Shown here in pieces: positions 13,613 to 26,022 of a DNA stretch of 64,000 bases; position 1 is the stretch's first letter; every line of letters starts with the position of its first letter. The translations under genes were made by a program, and so were the position numbers. This DNA comes from Felis catus (Eukaryota). The notes under the pieces were generated by a model that saw nothing but the letters and a program-made list of their open reading frames with translations, was not told where the DNA came from and searched no databases. The stretch is from NCBI RefSeq assembly GCF_018350175.1, contig NC_058368.1, forward strand, positions 109,246,001 through 109,310,000. The letters are read 5' to 3'.

Positions 13613-16160
13613 TCTCCCCCTGTCCCCTGCTCATACTCCCTCTCTCTTATACATACATACATACTTACATACATACATACATACGTACAGGGGACCTTTA
13701 TCTCCTGCTGCCACAGGGCAGACTAAGCTGAGAATTAGGCTTAGGGTCTGATTATGCACAGGTCTTTGTAGAGCTTCAGAGGAAAATAGTTATGCATCTT
13801 CGGCTTTCTTCTATGGCAAAGTGGCAGTCCTTGCAGGACAAGAGTGGGACCATGAGACCTGGGATAGGAGCATGGGAGTGAGAAAACCTGAGACTGTTGA
13901 CACCCTGTATTCTTCTGAGGTCCCACTACCTGGAGATGCAGCCCTTTCCCCTTGCCAAAATAAACTAGCTCTCCTTGCTTGGAGACAGAATAATTATTTC
14001 TCTTGGAACAAGTTCTTCACAAGATGGCATTTGTTCTCCTCCTAACCCTCTTCCCTCAACACTCCCCACTGCCTGCAGGCCAGTAATCAGAATTAGAGTT
14101 CAGGATAGTTTGTATCATTTAGGGCCCAATCAGAAGACAGAAGCTGTACCAGTTATTTTAATAGAGAGAATTGAATATAAATAATTGTTAAGCAGGTATT
14201 GGATAACTGGAGAGACAAAAAGGGAACAATAAGGTATCAAGAAGGTGGCGACTTGTGGAAAGTAGTTACTGCCCCTATGACTGGAGATCAAAGGGAAGAG
14301 GTTAGAATGGTTCAAACTTAAAACCTTATGGAAGGAACTCAAGTATCTGAAAGTCATTGCTCTGTGGAGGGGGCACTACTTTGCTGCCAGTGGTGTTTCT
14401 GAGTTTAGGAAAGGGGCCTATGGGAATGGGATCCAGATCTCCGGGGAGAAGGTGCTGGTTAAGCAGTGATGGGATCTTGGTGGGATGGGGTACACCAAGG
14501 CTGTTTGAGTGAATATTGGCAAAACTGCAGACTGTAATTAATCGCTGCTACTTGAATGAACCACTGCTGCCGGGATAACACTGAGATTAGGATTAGGAAT
14601 AGGAAAGGCTGGAATAGGAAGCCAAAACAAGGAATAGGAAGCACATGGAAAGGAGCAAGTCCCTTCTTCCTCCAGCCTCCTAGTCTAGCACTCCCTATTG
14701 ACAGATCCTAACAGAAAATCAGCTGGTGAAGGAGAAATTGGTTTTGCAGGATCCCCGTTCTGGCAGTGCATAGAAGGCGGGTCAGAAGCTCAGGCTCATT
14801 AGCTTCCCAGCTAACATTCAAGTCTGCAGGAGCTCACAGCTATGTACTGTCAGAATCCAGGGCTGTGTGGATCCTGTTAGTTCAGAAGAATATACAGTTG
14901 AGTAGAGTTGAGTTCAGTGATAGGGGGGCTACTCACTCTGACACAGGAACACCCAGAGCTGATCCTAACAGTTTGCTGGAATCGCTCTTTGAGACATCAC
15001 TTGGTGGCGGCTTACAGCATGTGAAATGGAGATGCCACAACTTCCTTTCCATAGTGTTGAAGAAGAGAGCAGATAGCTCAGGCAGTAGGAATACTAGATG
15101 GATGTATTGTGTATGGTCTGAGTACTCGCCATCTGACTATGCTGTCTGGAAAGCACAGAGAACACTCCTTTCACTAACACAGCAGGAGATGCACTAGTGA
15201 GGAGAAACAGGCATCATTGCAAAGCTTGGTAGTGGAAGTTCTCCATAAGCTGAGTTGAAGGTAGGGGATGCTGACATTGACATGGACTCCCTAATATTAG
15301 TGGGAAAGATGGAATCCCTAGAATGGCAGAGGCCAGGTTTGAAGCTCTTAACCATCAGAAACAAAGTGGTCGTAATTACTGCAATGAGCAGTCAGGCTAT
15401 ATCAAATCCCTTTGACCCTAAGGGATTTATAGTGGTGGCTAATACAGTAACGCATTCCTAGAGGCAAGAGGAGGGTAATTAATCAGTGTACTATTCAATG
15501 TATAGGTAGGTAGACGCAATCAAGAGCTTATGAGTTAAGCCACCACAGTGGAAAATCAGGCCCTTCACCCATCTCCCAGATCCCAGTGTTCATTCATTAA
15601 ACAGGAGGGACTCTACAATCCCACTTCATGCAGTAAGCTTTTTTCAGCCCTTTACTAAAGAGATCTAGAGCCATCCATCAGAATAACCATACACTGGTAA
15701 AGGAAATACTTGGACGTCTCAAAGATTTGAACATATGAGGTCTGAGCTGACACTGACACCTGGAAAACCTACATGCCACCATGATATTCTGGTTAGAATG
15801 GAAATCACTAGGACAAGGGTTAAATGGAGCTTTGGTGTGAGTCTTTTTTACACCCTTTGATTATTTTTTAGTTCTTTACTATATATATAAAGTAAATATT
15901 CTTAGAACTTAGGAGAACCTTCATATTGGTTCTCTGGCCCATGAAGTAAGGGTCAAGGGGAAAGCCGTGAATCTATCTGGACCTGTCAACATAGAAAGAC
16001 AAAGACAAATACTATATTCCTGGATGACTGCCACCATGGAAACTTGAAATGTGCATGAGGTATATTCCCATTCAACTTATCCTTTGTCCTCTGCAAAAAC
16101 CAGAATGATGGGTTCAATTCAGTCTGTGGCAGACTAGCTAAACACAAGCCAGAAAGGTGG
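11785..16160 (+). mobile_element. Decayed ERVL provirus (5' LTR about 11785-12570, gag/pro/5' pol remnants) with nested SINEs, an L1 3' fragment (12943-13320) and a second ERVL-type LTR (about 14109-14800)
   Basis: LTR-end-like caggctctgc...gggctatgaaca followed by gttggtatcaga; ERVL gag-like gagtgggaccatgagacctgggat; protease-like tctgagctgacactgacacctgga (SELTL.PG) near 15741; RT-start-like cccattcaac near 16067. No intact ORF. Confidence 0.7.
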
Positions 16161-16167
16161 TCAAATA

Positions 16168-16865
16168 GTTTTTTTTTTATTTTTTTTAACGTTTATTTAT
16201 TTTTGAGACAGAGAGAGACAGAGCATGAATGGGGGAGGGGCAGAGAGAGGGAGACACAGAATCCGAAACAGGCTCCAGGCTCTGAGCCATCAGCCCAGAG
16301 CCCGACGCGGGGCTCGAACTCACGGACCGTGAGATCGTGACCTGAGCCGAAGTCGGCCGCTTAACCAACTGAGCCACCCAGGCGCCCCTCAAATAGTTTT
16401 TTTAAATCTATGTAAAACGGGGGCACCTGGATGGCTCGGTTGGTTAAGCGTCTGACTTTGGCTCAGGCCATGATCTTGCGGTTCATGAGTTCGAGCCTGG
16501 CATCTAGCTCTGTGCTAACAGCTCAGCCTGGAGCCTGGTTTGGATTCCGTGGGTCTCTCTCTCAGCCCCTCCCCTGCTAGCGCTCTGTCTCTCTCAAAAA
16601 TAAATAAACATTTAAAAAATCCATGTAAAACAATCACAGTTCTGGGGAGCCTAGGTGGCTCAGTCAGTTGAAAGCCAACTTTGATTGAGGTCATAATCTC
16701 TCAGTTCATGAGTTCGAGTCCCACATCAGGCTCGGTACTATCAGGGCAGAGCCTGTTTTGGATCTTCTGCCCCCCTGTCTCTCTATCCCTCCCCCTTTCT
16801 CTTTCAAAATAAATATACTTAATACATAAACAAATAAATAAAATCATCCCTAAAAAAAAAAAGAA
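16168..16865. mobile_element. Can-SINE cluster: 16168-16388 (-), 16419-16616 (+), 16644-16865 (+)
   Basis: TSD TCAAATAGTTTT for the first and AAATC(T/C)ATGTAAAAC for the second. Confidence 0.93.
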
Positions 16866-17842
16866 TAAGAACTAATCCATTCTCATCAAATGACTTGTGG
16901 GGACAGTTAAGTATCTGTGATTCGTACAATCTGACCCTTACAAATTCTGGAGACTCTGGAACATTAGTGTGCTCCACAGCTCGTGGAGCTGTGACCAACA
17001 CTGTCACATTCTTTCCTGATCCACACTGTACCATTGGACGTAAACACAATCCTGAGAGTACATTGGATAAGGGAAATGGGTTACCCAGTGAAGAACCCCA
17101 GAACCACTCACTATGTTGTTCCTCTGAAAAGTTTTTCCTCCTCTCTTCAGAGGCAAAATGAAAATAAACTACACTGTTTGTATAAAGTCACAATCAGATG
17201 GTATCAGTTTGGCCTGGCTGGTTTTGCTTATGGTCATACTGCAGTCTGACAGGAGAATAGGGATCAAGTTTTGAATACTTCCTCCTCTTTTTTCCCTAGA
17301 ATTTAAATGGCTGGATTTTTCCCTTTTTTCCTACTTGCTGCCCTTTTGTGTCGGTGAAAAAATTTAAGACTGACTTAAACCTCCAGACATTTTTATTGCC
17401 TGTTAATTTTTGTGCCCAGGAAAAAACTGCCCCATGTTTCATATCTTGCCTTTTCTGAGTCATTGGCAGAACAGAGAGATGTGTCAAGCAGCCCCAGCTT
17501 CTTTTCATTGATCATTTGTCTCTCCTCATCCCCAGGACTTACAGAAGCCAGGGCAAAAAAATGCCCTGGGTTATACCTGAACTTAGCGCCTGTGACTGTT
17601 GGGGCGTGGATCAGTGTGGGCAAGAGTGTATAAGTGCACGGGTGTTAAGGAGCTGCGTGTTGCTCATGTTCTGATTTTTGGTAACTTGACTCTGTACTTG
17701 GGGTCGGTCTGTACAGTTAACTACGTCATTGTATGATTTCACTTCTAACTGTGACATTTTTATCAACTGTGTGAACAAATACATAAAGATTGGTGAACAG
17801 AAGAAGTAGAAGGAGAAGGATGGTGGGGGGGGAGGAAGAGGG

Positions 17843-17900
17843 GGAGGAGGAGGAGGAGGAGGAGGAGGAGGAGGAGGAGGAGGAGGAGGAGGAGGAGGAA
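17843..17900 (+). repeat. (GGA)n microsatellite
   Basis: About 19 tandem GGA units. Confidence 0.97.
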
Positions 17901-18214
17901 GGAGAGAACTAGCTGAAAATAAACCAGTCTTTTAAAACCAAAACCCAACTTGCATCTCAATCAGCTGTATCTCAGACTAAATTGAGATGACCTGTCCTTA
18001 CCATAATTGCTTGCTAGAAGCAAAGTAAATCATTTCAGGAGGAAGATACCATCACCTTGTGTAAGACAGTGACTGCATTTCCTTCTTGCGTTTCAGCCCT
18101 TCCTTCTGAGATGGTTTCTCCCTTCTGCAAGTAAAATCTGTCAAAGTTCTTTTAGTGAGTTCATTGAAAATACATTATCTCAGTTTTTGTTCCTCCTAAA
18201 ATGTTTTTAGCTGA

Positions 18215-19052
18215 TTTAAAAATGGGCAAAAGACATGGTCACTGTCAAAAAATATATAAATATATATGTGTATATATATACATATATATGGCAAATAAGC
18301 ATATGAAAAGATGCTCAATGTCACATGTCATTGTGGAATTGGAAAGAAAAATGAGGTATCATTACACATCTATTAGAATGGCCAAAATCCAAAACAGTGA
18401 CAACAAATACTGGCAAGGATGTGGAGGAATAGGAACTCTCATTCACTGCTGGTGGTAATGCAAAATGGTACAGCCACTTTGGAAGACAGTTTGGCAGTCT
18501 GTAATAAAAAACTAAACATATTATTACCAGATGGTCCAACAGTCATACTCTGGTATTTATACAAAAGGCTTGAAAACATATCCACACAAAAATCTGCACA
18601 TAGAGGTTTATAGCAGCCTTATTTATAATGACCAAAACCTGGCAACAACCAAGATGTCCTTCTGTAAGTGAATGGATAAATTAATTGTGGTACGACCAGA
18701 CAATGGAATATTATTCAGTGTTAAAAAGAAATGAGCTATCAAACCATGAACAGACACAGAAGAACCTTAAGTGGATATTACCAAGTGAAAGAAGTCCATC
18801 TGAAAGGGTATGATATTTGCAAATGGCAGAACTATAGAAACAGTAAAAGTGGTTGCCAGGGATTAGAGAAGAGGCAGGGATGAAGAAGTGGAGCACAGAA
18901 GATTTTTAGGGCAGTTAAACTATTTTGTATGATACCATAATGGTAGATACATTTGTTATACGTTTGCCAAAACCCACAGAGTGTAGAATACCAAGACTGA
19001 GACGTAATGTAAACTACCGACTTCAGGTGATAATGACATGTCAATGTAGGTT
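18215..19052 (+). mobile_element. Old L1 (L1MC-like) ORF2 end and 3'UTR
   Basis: Decayed MANKHMKRCS...IGTLIHCWW followed by an L1MC-type 3'UTR. Confidence 0.8.
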
Positions 19053-19304
19053 TGAATCTCAGCTGTATCACGTATTAGCTGTGCGACCTTGGCCAGTAAT
19101 TTAAACTCTATGAACCTTTGATTTCATATCATAAAAAAGGAAGAATACTGTCCCTCATTGGCTTAAGATGAGAATTAGTTGAAATAGTGACATAAAGTGT
19201 GTAGGAAAGTCCTAACCCATTTGAGATCATTAAATGGTAGTTTGCTCCCCCTCACCATAACACTAGAACACTGTGAACATTCATTGAGGGTCTATTGCAT
19301 TAAA

Positions 19305-19707
19305 TATTAGTGCTACTTTCCAGTATTTCTGACTGTCCTCTTTTTCTGGGCACTTGGGAGAACTGTATTTTCCTTGCCTCTTGAAGCTACTCATGGCAGT
19401 GTGACTTGCATTAACCAATGTGAGATGCGTAGAAATACTTAAGAGCTGATGTGCCATTATTCCATGACTCTTGTTCTCTGCCAAGCAAATTGCAAAAGCA
19501 GTTGTTGATATGGAGGCACCGTAGGGGGGGAAGTATCCTGGAGTGCTGAGCCACCACACCGAGGACAATTGCTCTGAAGGGTTGCCCAGAGCCATAGCCA
19601 CAGAAGACTTGGTATAATTTAGAAGCGAACTTTGTTGTGTGCTGCCCCTGGGGTTCAGGGATGATTCGTAACTGCAGCATCAACTAGACTATTCTGACAT
19701 GTATACA
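19305..19707 (+). mobile_element. MLT1 (MaLR) LTR
   Basis: ggcagtgtgacttgcattaaccaatg ... gtaactgcagcatcaactagactattctgacatgtataca. Confidence 0.7.
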
Positions 19708-21617
19708 AAGATGTATCAGGTAGATCTGAAAATGCTGCAATGTACAAACAAGAGCTCTGTCAAAGGAATGTTCAAAATAATGCAGGGCACTCAGAAGGGA
19801 ACAACTAGTATTACCAGGCTAGTCAGGGAAAGAAAGAGGAGGCAGCTCTTGAAGTTGGACTGTGAGAGGCAAGAGAGAGGGATGAATGATGACAGGAAAG
19901 TTACACATTCCTTGCTTGGGAAAAGACGGAGGTACTGAGACAGTATGGGCAAAGGCACAGAGATGTGAGAATTCACAGGGGGTATTCTGGGAAGAGTAAG
20001 ACTAGCACTTCCCACAAAATGTTTTCCACATGGAACATCTCTTCATAGAACATGTGTCCTTCAATACAATGCTTTTCTACTCATATTTATATAGAAAAAA
20101 GTATATATTTATGTCCCCTAAATTTGATGCATTTTTTAGAAAAGTTGTGGTGGGGAGCTCAACAGAGAAAGTCTTTACTTTCTCTCCACATATAATTGGC
20201 ACCATATCAAGGTTCACAGAAGCCAACTGGAAAAGGTTCTGAAGGTTGACCAGGGAGACATGTAATGTGTTATACAGACAGAGCAGCTATGTTAATGGTT
20301 TAGTGGGCAGGACACAGTGTTTTAAATATGTTACCACAATTTATGAAATAACTAAATACATGAAATAACTTTATAAATATTTTGCAGTCTGACATGTTAG
20401 CTTGTTCCTTATCTTCAGACATTTTACTGTGTTTTGTGTTTTACAAAACTGGTTGACTTTGGATTGAGACATAATGGGCTAAAATATTTTCCATTTAAAA
20501 TAATGGGAATGAGGCCCCTGACTAGTGTTTTCCTGCAAATAATGTTAAGTGAAAGATGCCTGTATTTCTATATGGCAGGTTTTAGAGGGAGCAGATGTAT
20601 GGCCTGTGAAGGAATCTAGACGTGAGATAAGTGAGCCTGACTGATATATACACAGAGATGTATCAAGTGTATCAGAGGGTTTTATGCCCAGTAATGACAT
20701 GGGGACATGAATGTACTCTATTGACAGCCTTGACTCGACAGGCATGAAGTAGGGAGCTGGCCTCTCAGCTAGACTCAGCCAGCACCTTCCCTGAGGCCGT
20801 GGGGGATGCAGCAGTGGAATAGGAGAGACATTTCAGGGTGGAATGGTGGATGGAGGCACACAGTGGTTTTCTGGAGTCATCCAGAAAGGTGATGGGGAAG
20901 TAGTTGTGGTTATATTTGCCAAAATAGGGAACCTCAGAGGAAGAGGGGAAAGAGAGACAAGGAAGAGAAGCAGTGGTAGATCTCAGAGGATATGAGTGGT
21001 GGCAAAGGGTGAGTTTGCTTTTGGACGCATTATGTTGAGGTGTTCTTTGGGAAGGTTGTTCTGTGTCCCTCCAAAACCCAGCCTAATAGTTCACACTGCC
21101 TACTCTCAGTGGAGAGTGACAGTGACATCACTAAGGTAGAGTGAAAATGGATGCTCTGTTGTTGCAATAAGCTTTTGAGAGGAAAAGCAAGGCTCAGAAA
21201 AGTATTCCTATAACCTGGAGGCTGCCAAATCCCTCTCCTCCGATGCCTGGGTTCTGGAGCACCATAGTAGTCAGGCCCGGGTGAGGGGGCAGTTGATGTG
21301 ACTCGTAGGAACGCCATTCCCTCTGGCCAGGGGCCGTCAGGAAGACTTTCCTTCTACAGGAAAGGTAGAATCAGCTTGAGGATCATAGTTTCTGCCTTAA
21401 AAACCCTTGGTACATCTAAGTCCTATTTGGGTTGGTTGCAGACAGTGCTGATTGCTTTTAGCTTCTCCGAGCCCTGGTGGATTGATAAGAGTTCATTTGT
21501 GAGATTTCAGCTAGGCTGGTTCCAGTCTTAAATCCACCTTCACTGTATTGGACCTTGATAAAGTGGGAAAATAACTGTTGTTGTTGTTTTTGTTTTGTTT
21601 TGGTTTGGTTTGGTTTT

Positions 21618-21620
<3 letters not shown>

Positions 21621-21662
<42 letters not shown>
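21621..21662 (+). repeat. (GA)21 microsatellite 1.3 kb downstream of IL5
   Basis: Perfect GA run. Confidence 0.97.
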
Positions 21663-21666
<4 letters not shown>

Positions 21667-22915
21667 AACTCTACAAGGATGGGGAATTTGGCTGCTTTAT
21701 TCATTGATGGATCCTCATCCCTAAAATGGTCCTGGACCAGATGGGAGCTCAATAAATATTTGCCGAATTGAATTAAATTGGCATTCAGTCTCTTCGCAAA
21801 TTGAGTTTCCTGTTTCCTGTCAGTTTCTAGAGCAGTCAGCGTGGTGCTGTGCTGACCCATCTTTCTCCTCATCGACTCGACTCCAGCTCTCAGGGCTTGG
21901 TGAACACACAAGTTGGGGGTCTGGGCCACAGTTGAGTGCTAATCTGTCTGACTGTTCCAGCTGCTCTCCAGTGCCCAGAAACAGTAAGAAAGGTTGCTTC
22001 ACATGAAGAGCCGAGTGTGACACATACAATCTGTGCAGATAACACCCGGGGTAATGGCACCCATCTGTAAGGAGCTCCAGCAACATGCCAGCAACTGTAT
22101 ACCAGCATGCAATGTAGATCCTGTGATCAGTAAAATGAAGGAGCCAATGGCATAGTTGAATATTCTTATTGGATCTCTCTGCCAGTTCTATGTCAGTTTT
22201 AAAATATATTTTAAAGAACATATTTTCTGGATCCTTGAGAAATTTCCTCAAGCAGAAGTACCTTTGGTTATGGTACTGACAGTCGTAAGCAGGCAGACTG
22301 GACTGCTGTTGCTCTACCCTGGGGAATCCAGGATGACGGGCCCTTCTAGAACCCAGTCCTCTGAATATAACTGCCTCCCAGCATCTCGCCCCCTTTTGTT
22401 ATGCCAGGTCAGATGAAGAAGACCTCTCCCAGGCCACAGTGCTCTGGGTTCCATCAAGAGGGTTTCTCCCTCTTTCCCTAAACGGGCAGTGGGATTGGTC
22501 CACCAAATTCTCACCAGCTGGGAATAAATGTAGTTACAGATTTTTACACTACCCTCCTCCCAGGGAAATCCTTGGAAGTCATTTTAATTTTATGGCTGAA
22601 GGTCTATTCATTCATTCATTCATTCATTCATTCATCACATACCATTTAACCTGCACCATCTTAGGTTCTGGTGTAACATGGCAAGGAAACCATGCTCAGC
22701 CCAAGCCTATGTCCCTGCTCCTCACATCCCCACATGACCTGCTGGATCTCTTCCACCTGTGGTATGCTTAGCAAACCCACAACTTCCATCATCAGGGAGA
22801 TGGGAATGCTCAACCAACACAGATGCAGACTGTCCCTCCACACGCAGCATGTTTCCATACAGATTGCGCCCACTTCAAGAGTAGGACAGAGACCGGCAAC
22901 AAATTGAATCAGTTG

Positions 22916-23035
22916 TTTATTTTTGTTTTATTGGAACATAGCCCAACCTGAAATAAATATTGATTTATGAAATTCTCAATCATTTCATACATAAATATTA
23001 AGTTAATAGACATTTTACAGAATGTTGTGTTAAAT
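22916..23035 (-). terminator. IL5 3'UTR AU-rich elements and tandem poly(A) signals
   Basis: ATTTA on the minus strand at 23031-35, 22992-96 and 22954-58; AATAAA on the minus strand at 22927-32 and 22916-21. Confidence 0.85.
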
Positions 23036-23295
23036 AAGATTGAAGTACATATTTATTTTGCCTGGAGCACACTGGAGGAAAAGACTTCGATGATTCTGAT
23101 ATCTGAAATATATCTCAAATATTTTATTTTTATCCTTTCTGCCTATGTGAGGCAGCAAAGTAGCAGTATGCCTGAAAAATTGCTTTGCATCTGAAGTTTA
23201 ATTACACTGACCCTTGGTTGGGCCTCATTCTCATTGCAAAAAATAACATTCTTCTTCTCCTCCAGAATCTTTCACTGCAATAACCCAGTTTCATC

Positions 23296-23394
23296 TCAAC
23301 TTTCCATTGTCCACTCAGTGTTTATTACACCAAGAAACACTTGCAGGTAGTCTAGGAACTTTTTTACTCTCCATCTTTCTCCTCCACACTTTTT
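23296..23394 (-). CDS. IL5: Interleukin-5, exon 4 (coding part to TGA)
   Basis: cacag|AAA AAG TGT..., encodes [32 protein letters not shown]. Total CDS 144+33+129+99 = 405 bp = 134 aa plus stop. Confidence 0.98.
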   Translation of the reverse strand, partial: KKCGGERWRVKKFLDYLQVFLGVINTEWTMES

Positions 23395-23501
23395 CTGTGA
23401 AAAGAACAGACAATGGGTATTGTAGGAAACTGTCAATTCTTTTAAAAACAGGCATAGCCAGACAAATATACTTAAGTTTCCACCAAATGTCTTTAACTTA
23501 C

Positions 23502-23630
23502 TTTTTGGCGGTCTATGTGTTCTTTTATTAAAGACAAGTTTCGGAAAAGCTTTTCCACAGCATCCCCCGGTACAGTGCGATTCTTTAATGTGTCTATACC
23601 CTGAAAGACTTCTTCAATGCACAGTTGGTG
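23502..23630 (-). CDS. IL5: Interleukin-5, exon 3
   Basis: 129 bp, tttag|CAC...AAA|gtaag, encodes [43 protein letters not shown], including the conserved Cys63. Confidence 0.98.
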
Positions 23631-24502
23631 CTAAATGAGGGAGATTTTAAAAGTATAAATAACCAAAACAAGGTATAAAAATTCGGTCCAAAAAAGTTAG
23701 GCTTTGTTGCGTGGGGTTTACATGAGTTCCCTTCTCCCACACGTTTATTTTTCACTTGTTCCTTTTCCAGGAAACCACCTCATACAGAGCTATAATTTTC
23801 ATACGTAAAAGAAGTTTATGTAATTTCTGAGGAGGGTTACAAATGATATAAATTAAACACTTCACCAAAAGTAAAGTGCTTATGAGGTATATAATGCAGC
23901 TACATTACTGAGCTCACATCAAAATTTCCTTTGATAGTTCTAGCCAGTAATTTTATTCTGTTTAGAGTAATGATATCACATGTTTAACATTTCATTATGA
24001 CCATGACATATTTCAAATGCATACAATTTTATTAGAGTTAAAATCGTTTAAATATGTGGAAATGACTATTGATATAGGACAGTCAGTGTATATTTTAATG
24101 TCTACTGACCATAATTCTAAAAATATAACCTTAAGTTGGCTAGTATTCTCAGAAAGACATAGAAGTAAGGAAAGCAAAAGATAGTCAGAAGTGAATGGAG
24201 ACGAGGAGGCACCTCTCACTCAATGTGAAAGTCTTCTGGTAAGAACGCCTGACATGAGGCTCTTTGAGATGGGGAACTGACAACATCAAAAACGGCCTGA
24301 TCCAATTGCTTAATGGATTCTACTTAATATTGTAGAGTCATTCCTAATGCCATTCCTAATGTTCATAAGCACATACATTGGCATCCACACACATAAAAAC
24401 AAAATAGATAAAATTAAACTGTTCCAACGATAACTAATGCTTTATAGTTACAATAGGAAACTTAGTCATGCAATCATTTTATCAAATCATAATTTAACTT
24501 AC

Positions 24503-24535
24503 ATTGTTATGTTCAGGAGTAGGAATCATCAGGTT
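24503..24535 (-). CDS. IL5: Interleukin-5, exon 2
   Basis: 33 bp, ttcag|AAC...AAT|gtaag, encodes NLMIPTPEHNN; phase 0 on both sides. Confidence 0.98.
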
Positions 24536-24737
24536 CTGAAAAGGAAAGGAAATACATTCATTTTTAACATATTATAAGGTTCATAATTTGTAATAAAATG
24601 CTTGCCAGTAACATGGTTACCAATGATATATTACCAATAGTCATAATTTCATTATTAATAACAGGTCTTTAGAAGTTAGCCAACACAAATGATTACCCAT
24701 GCATTTTAAAGACCGTAGGAATCAAAAAGAAAATTAC

Positions 24738-24881
24738 CCCGTCGCCTATCAGTAGAGTTCGATGAGTGGAGAGCAGTGCCAAGGTCTCTGCCACCAGCCT
24801 ATTCATGGGACTTTGTACAGCAATGGCAGAAACATAGGCAGCCCCAAGAGCTAGCAAACTCAAATGCAGAAGCATTCTCAT
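24738..24881 (-). CDS. IL5: Interleukin-5, coding exon 1 (signal peptide and helix A)
   Basis: ATG at 24881; 144 bp encoding [48 protein letters not shown], followed by a GTAATT donor. Recognisable IL-5 N-terminus. Confidence 0.99.
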
Positions 24882-24924
24882 GGCTCTCAAATGCTCAGTG
24901 TTTGCTTTGGGCAAAGAAAGTGCA

Positions 24925-25175
24925 TAGTACAAGATTGCATCCTCAACCAATTTATTCTCTATCTTTGAGGAAATGAATAATTTCTAACAATCAGATAGGG
25001 AATGCCTAACAATGGCATATCATGAAACTAAATGTTTCCAATGCCTTGTTTCTTAAAAATAATTTTACTTTTATCTTTTAATAATAATAAAAATCCCTAT
25101 TTTCCCCCTTTAAAAACATTTTCTATTACAAAGAAAATCTTTGGGTGATACATCATTGCCCCACATTTGCATTTC
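24925..25175 (-). promoter_or_regulatory. IL5 proximal promoter: TATA-like AATAAA, CLE0, double GATA, NFAT (P element), octamer
   Basis: On the minus strand: AATAAA 24951-56; CLE0 ATTATTCATTTCCTC 24967-81; TATCTGATTG (GATA-3 double site) 24988-97; TGGAAACATT 25031-40; ATGCAAAT 25165-72. Order and spacing match the known IL5 promoter. TSS inferred near 24925. Confidence 0.9.
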
Positions 25176-25414
25176 TTAAAATCAGAAGATTGAATTTCCT
25201 CTTAAAAGATGTGTGTAAAAAAAGGTATAATGTACACCATTGAGTTTAATGCCAAAATGTATAAATATTGGGAATATGTTTTTCAGGTTGACTAAATTCC
25301 ATCACCATTGTTACTAGACTGGTCTGTCTTAAAAGGAACTCAAAATACTGGTGGAAAAATGGTAATTAGAGCTGAGACTGTCAAAACTTAGCAGGTTCAG
25401 GTTCACTGGAGTCT

Positions 25415-25810
25415 AAGTTAGGATCCTTTCTGTTGCCAGAGACCAAAAACCTAACCCAAACTGATTGAACCTAAAAGGGAATTTATTAGATGATTCAACC
25501 AAATGGTCCAGGGTAGAGGCTCCTTTATATCTAGCTTGCCTCTGTGATCTTTCATTGGCTCCCTTCTTGGGCAGCTCTCCCACTGTGGTCCCAAGATGAT
25601 GTCAAATCTCCTGGATCTGTATGTATCCTGTTCCTGAGCATCAGGAGAAACCAAACTGTGCCTTTCTGACTACTCAATCAAAAGTCCTAGAATTCGGCTT
25701 CCTTGTGACAAAGGATCACAGGTTCACCCTTGAACTGTGGTTAGGGATATGGATATACTGATTGGCTTTCCCTGTAGCTAGAAGTAGGCTTCACCCCACC
25801 CAAATCACTA
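25415..25810 (-). mobile_element. MLT1 (MaLR) LTR upstream of the IL5 promoter
   Basis: gttaggatcctttctgttgccagagaccaaaaacctaacccaaactg...aaaagggaatttatt resembles a reversed MLT1J/K end. Confidence 0.6.
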
Positions 25811-26022
25811 ACTGGCTGTGCAAATTAGTGAAATGCACAAGGTGTAACACAACAAAGGTGGTGAGGCTACAGTAAACTGCAGCATGCGGGACCTTTCTAA
25901 AGGCAGCAGGTCTACTCAGGTTCAACTGATTGTTGCCATGGAACACCCTTGGACTTCTGTTGCTAGATCATTCCATTTTTTTAAGAAGTCAGGAACCCTA
26001 ATTATTATTTATAACCTGTTGC

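Noticed and set aside
14766..15197. 143-aa ORF as a domesticated gag gene
   Set aside because: GTG start, lies in decayed ERVL internal sequence, and shows no continuous gag similarity that I can recognise.
17763..17960. Poly-Leu membrane-like ORF
   Set aside because: Artefact of the (GGA)n microsatellite.
21540..22251. Overlapping 129-aa and 143-aa minus-strand ORFs downstream of IL5
   Set aside because: Non-ATG starts, one runs through the (GA)n repeat, and there is no recognisable homology or splice structure.
24882..24950. N-terminal extension of IL-5 in the ORF track (MVEDAILYY...)
   Set aside because: It begins at a TTG upstream of the inferred transcription start; the real start is the ATG at 24881 that opens the signal peptide.
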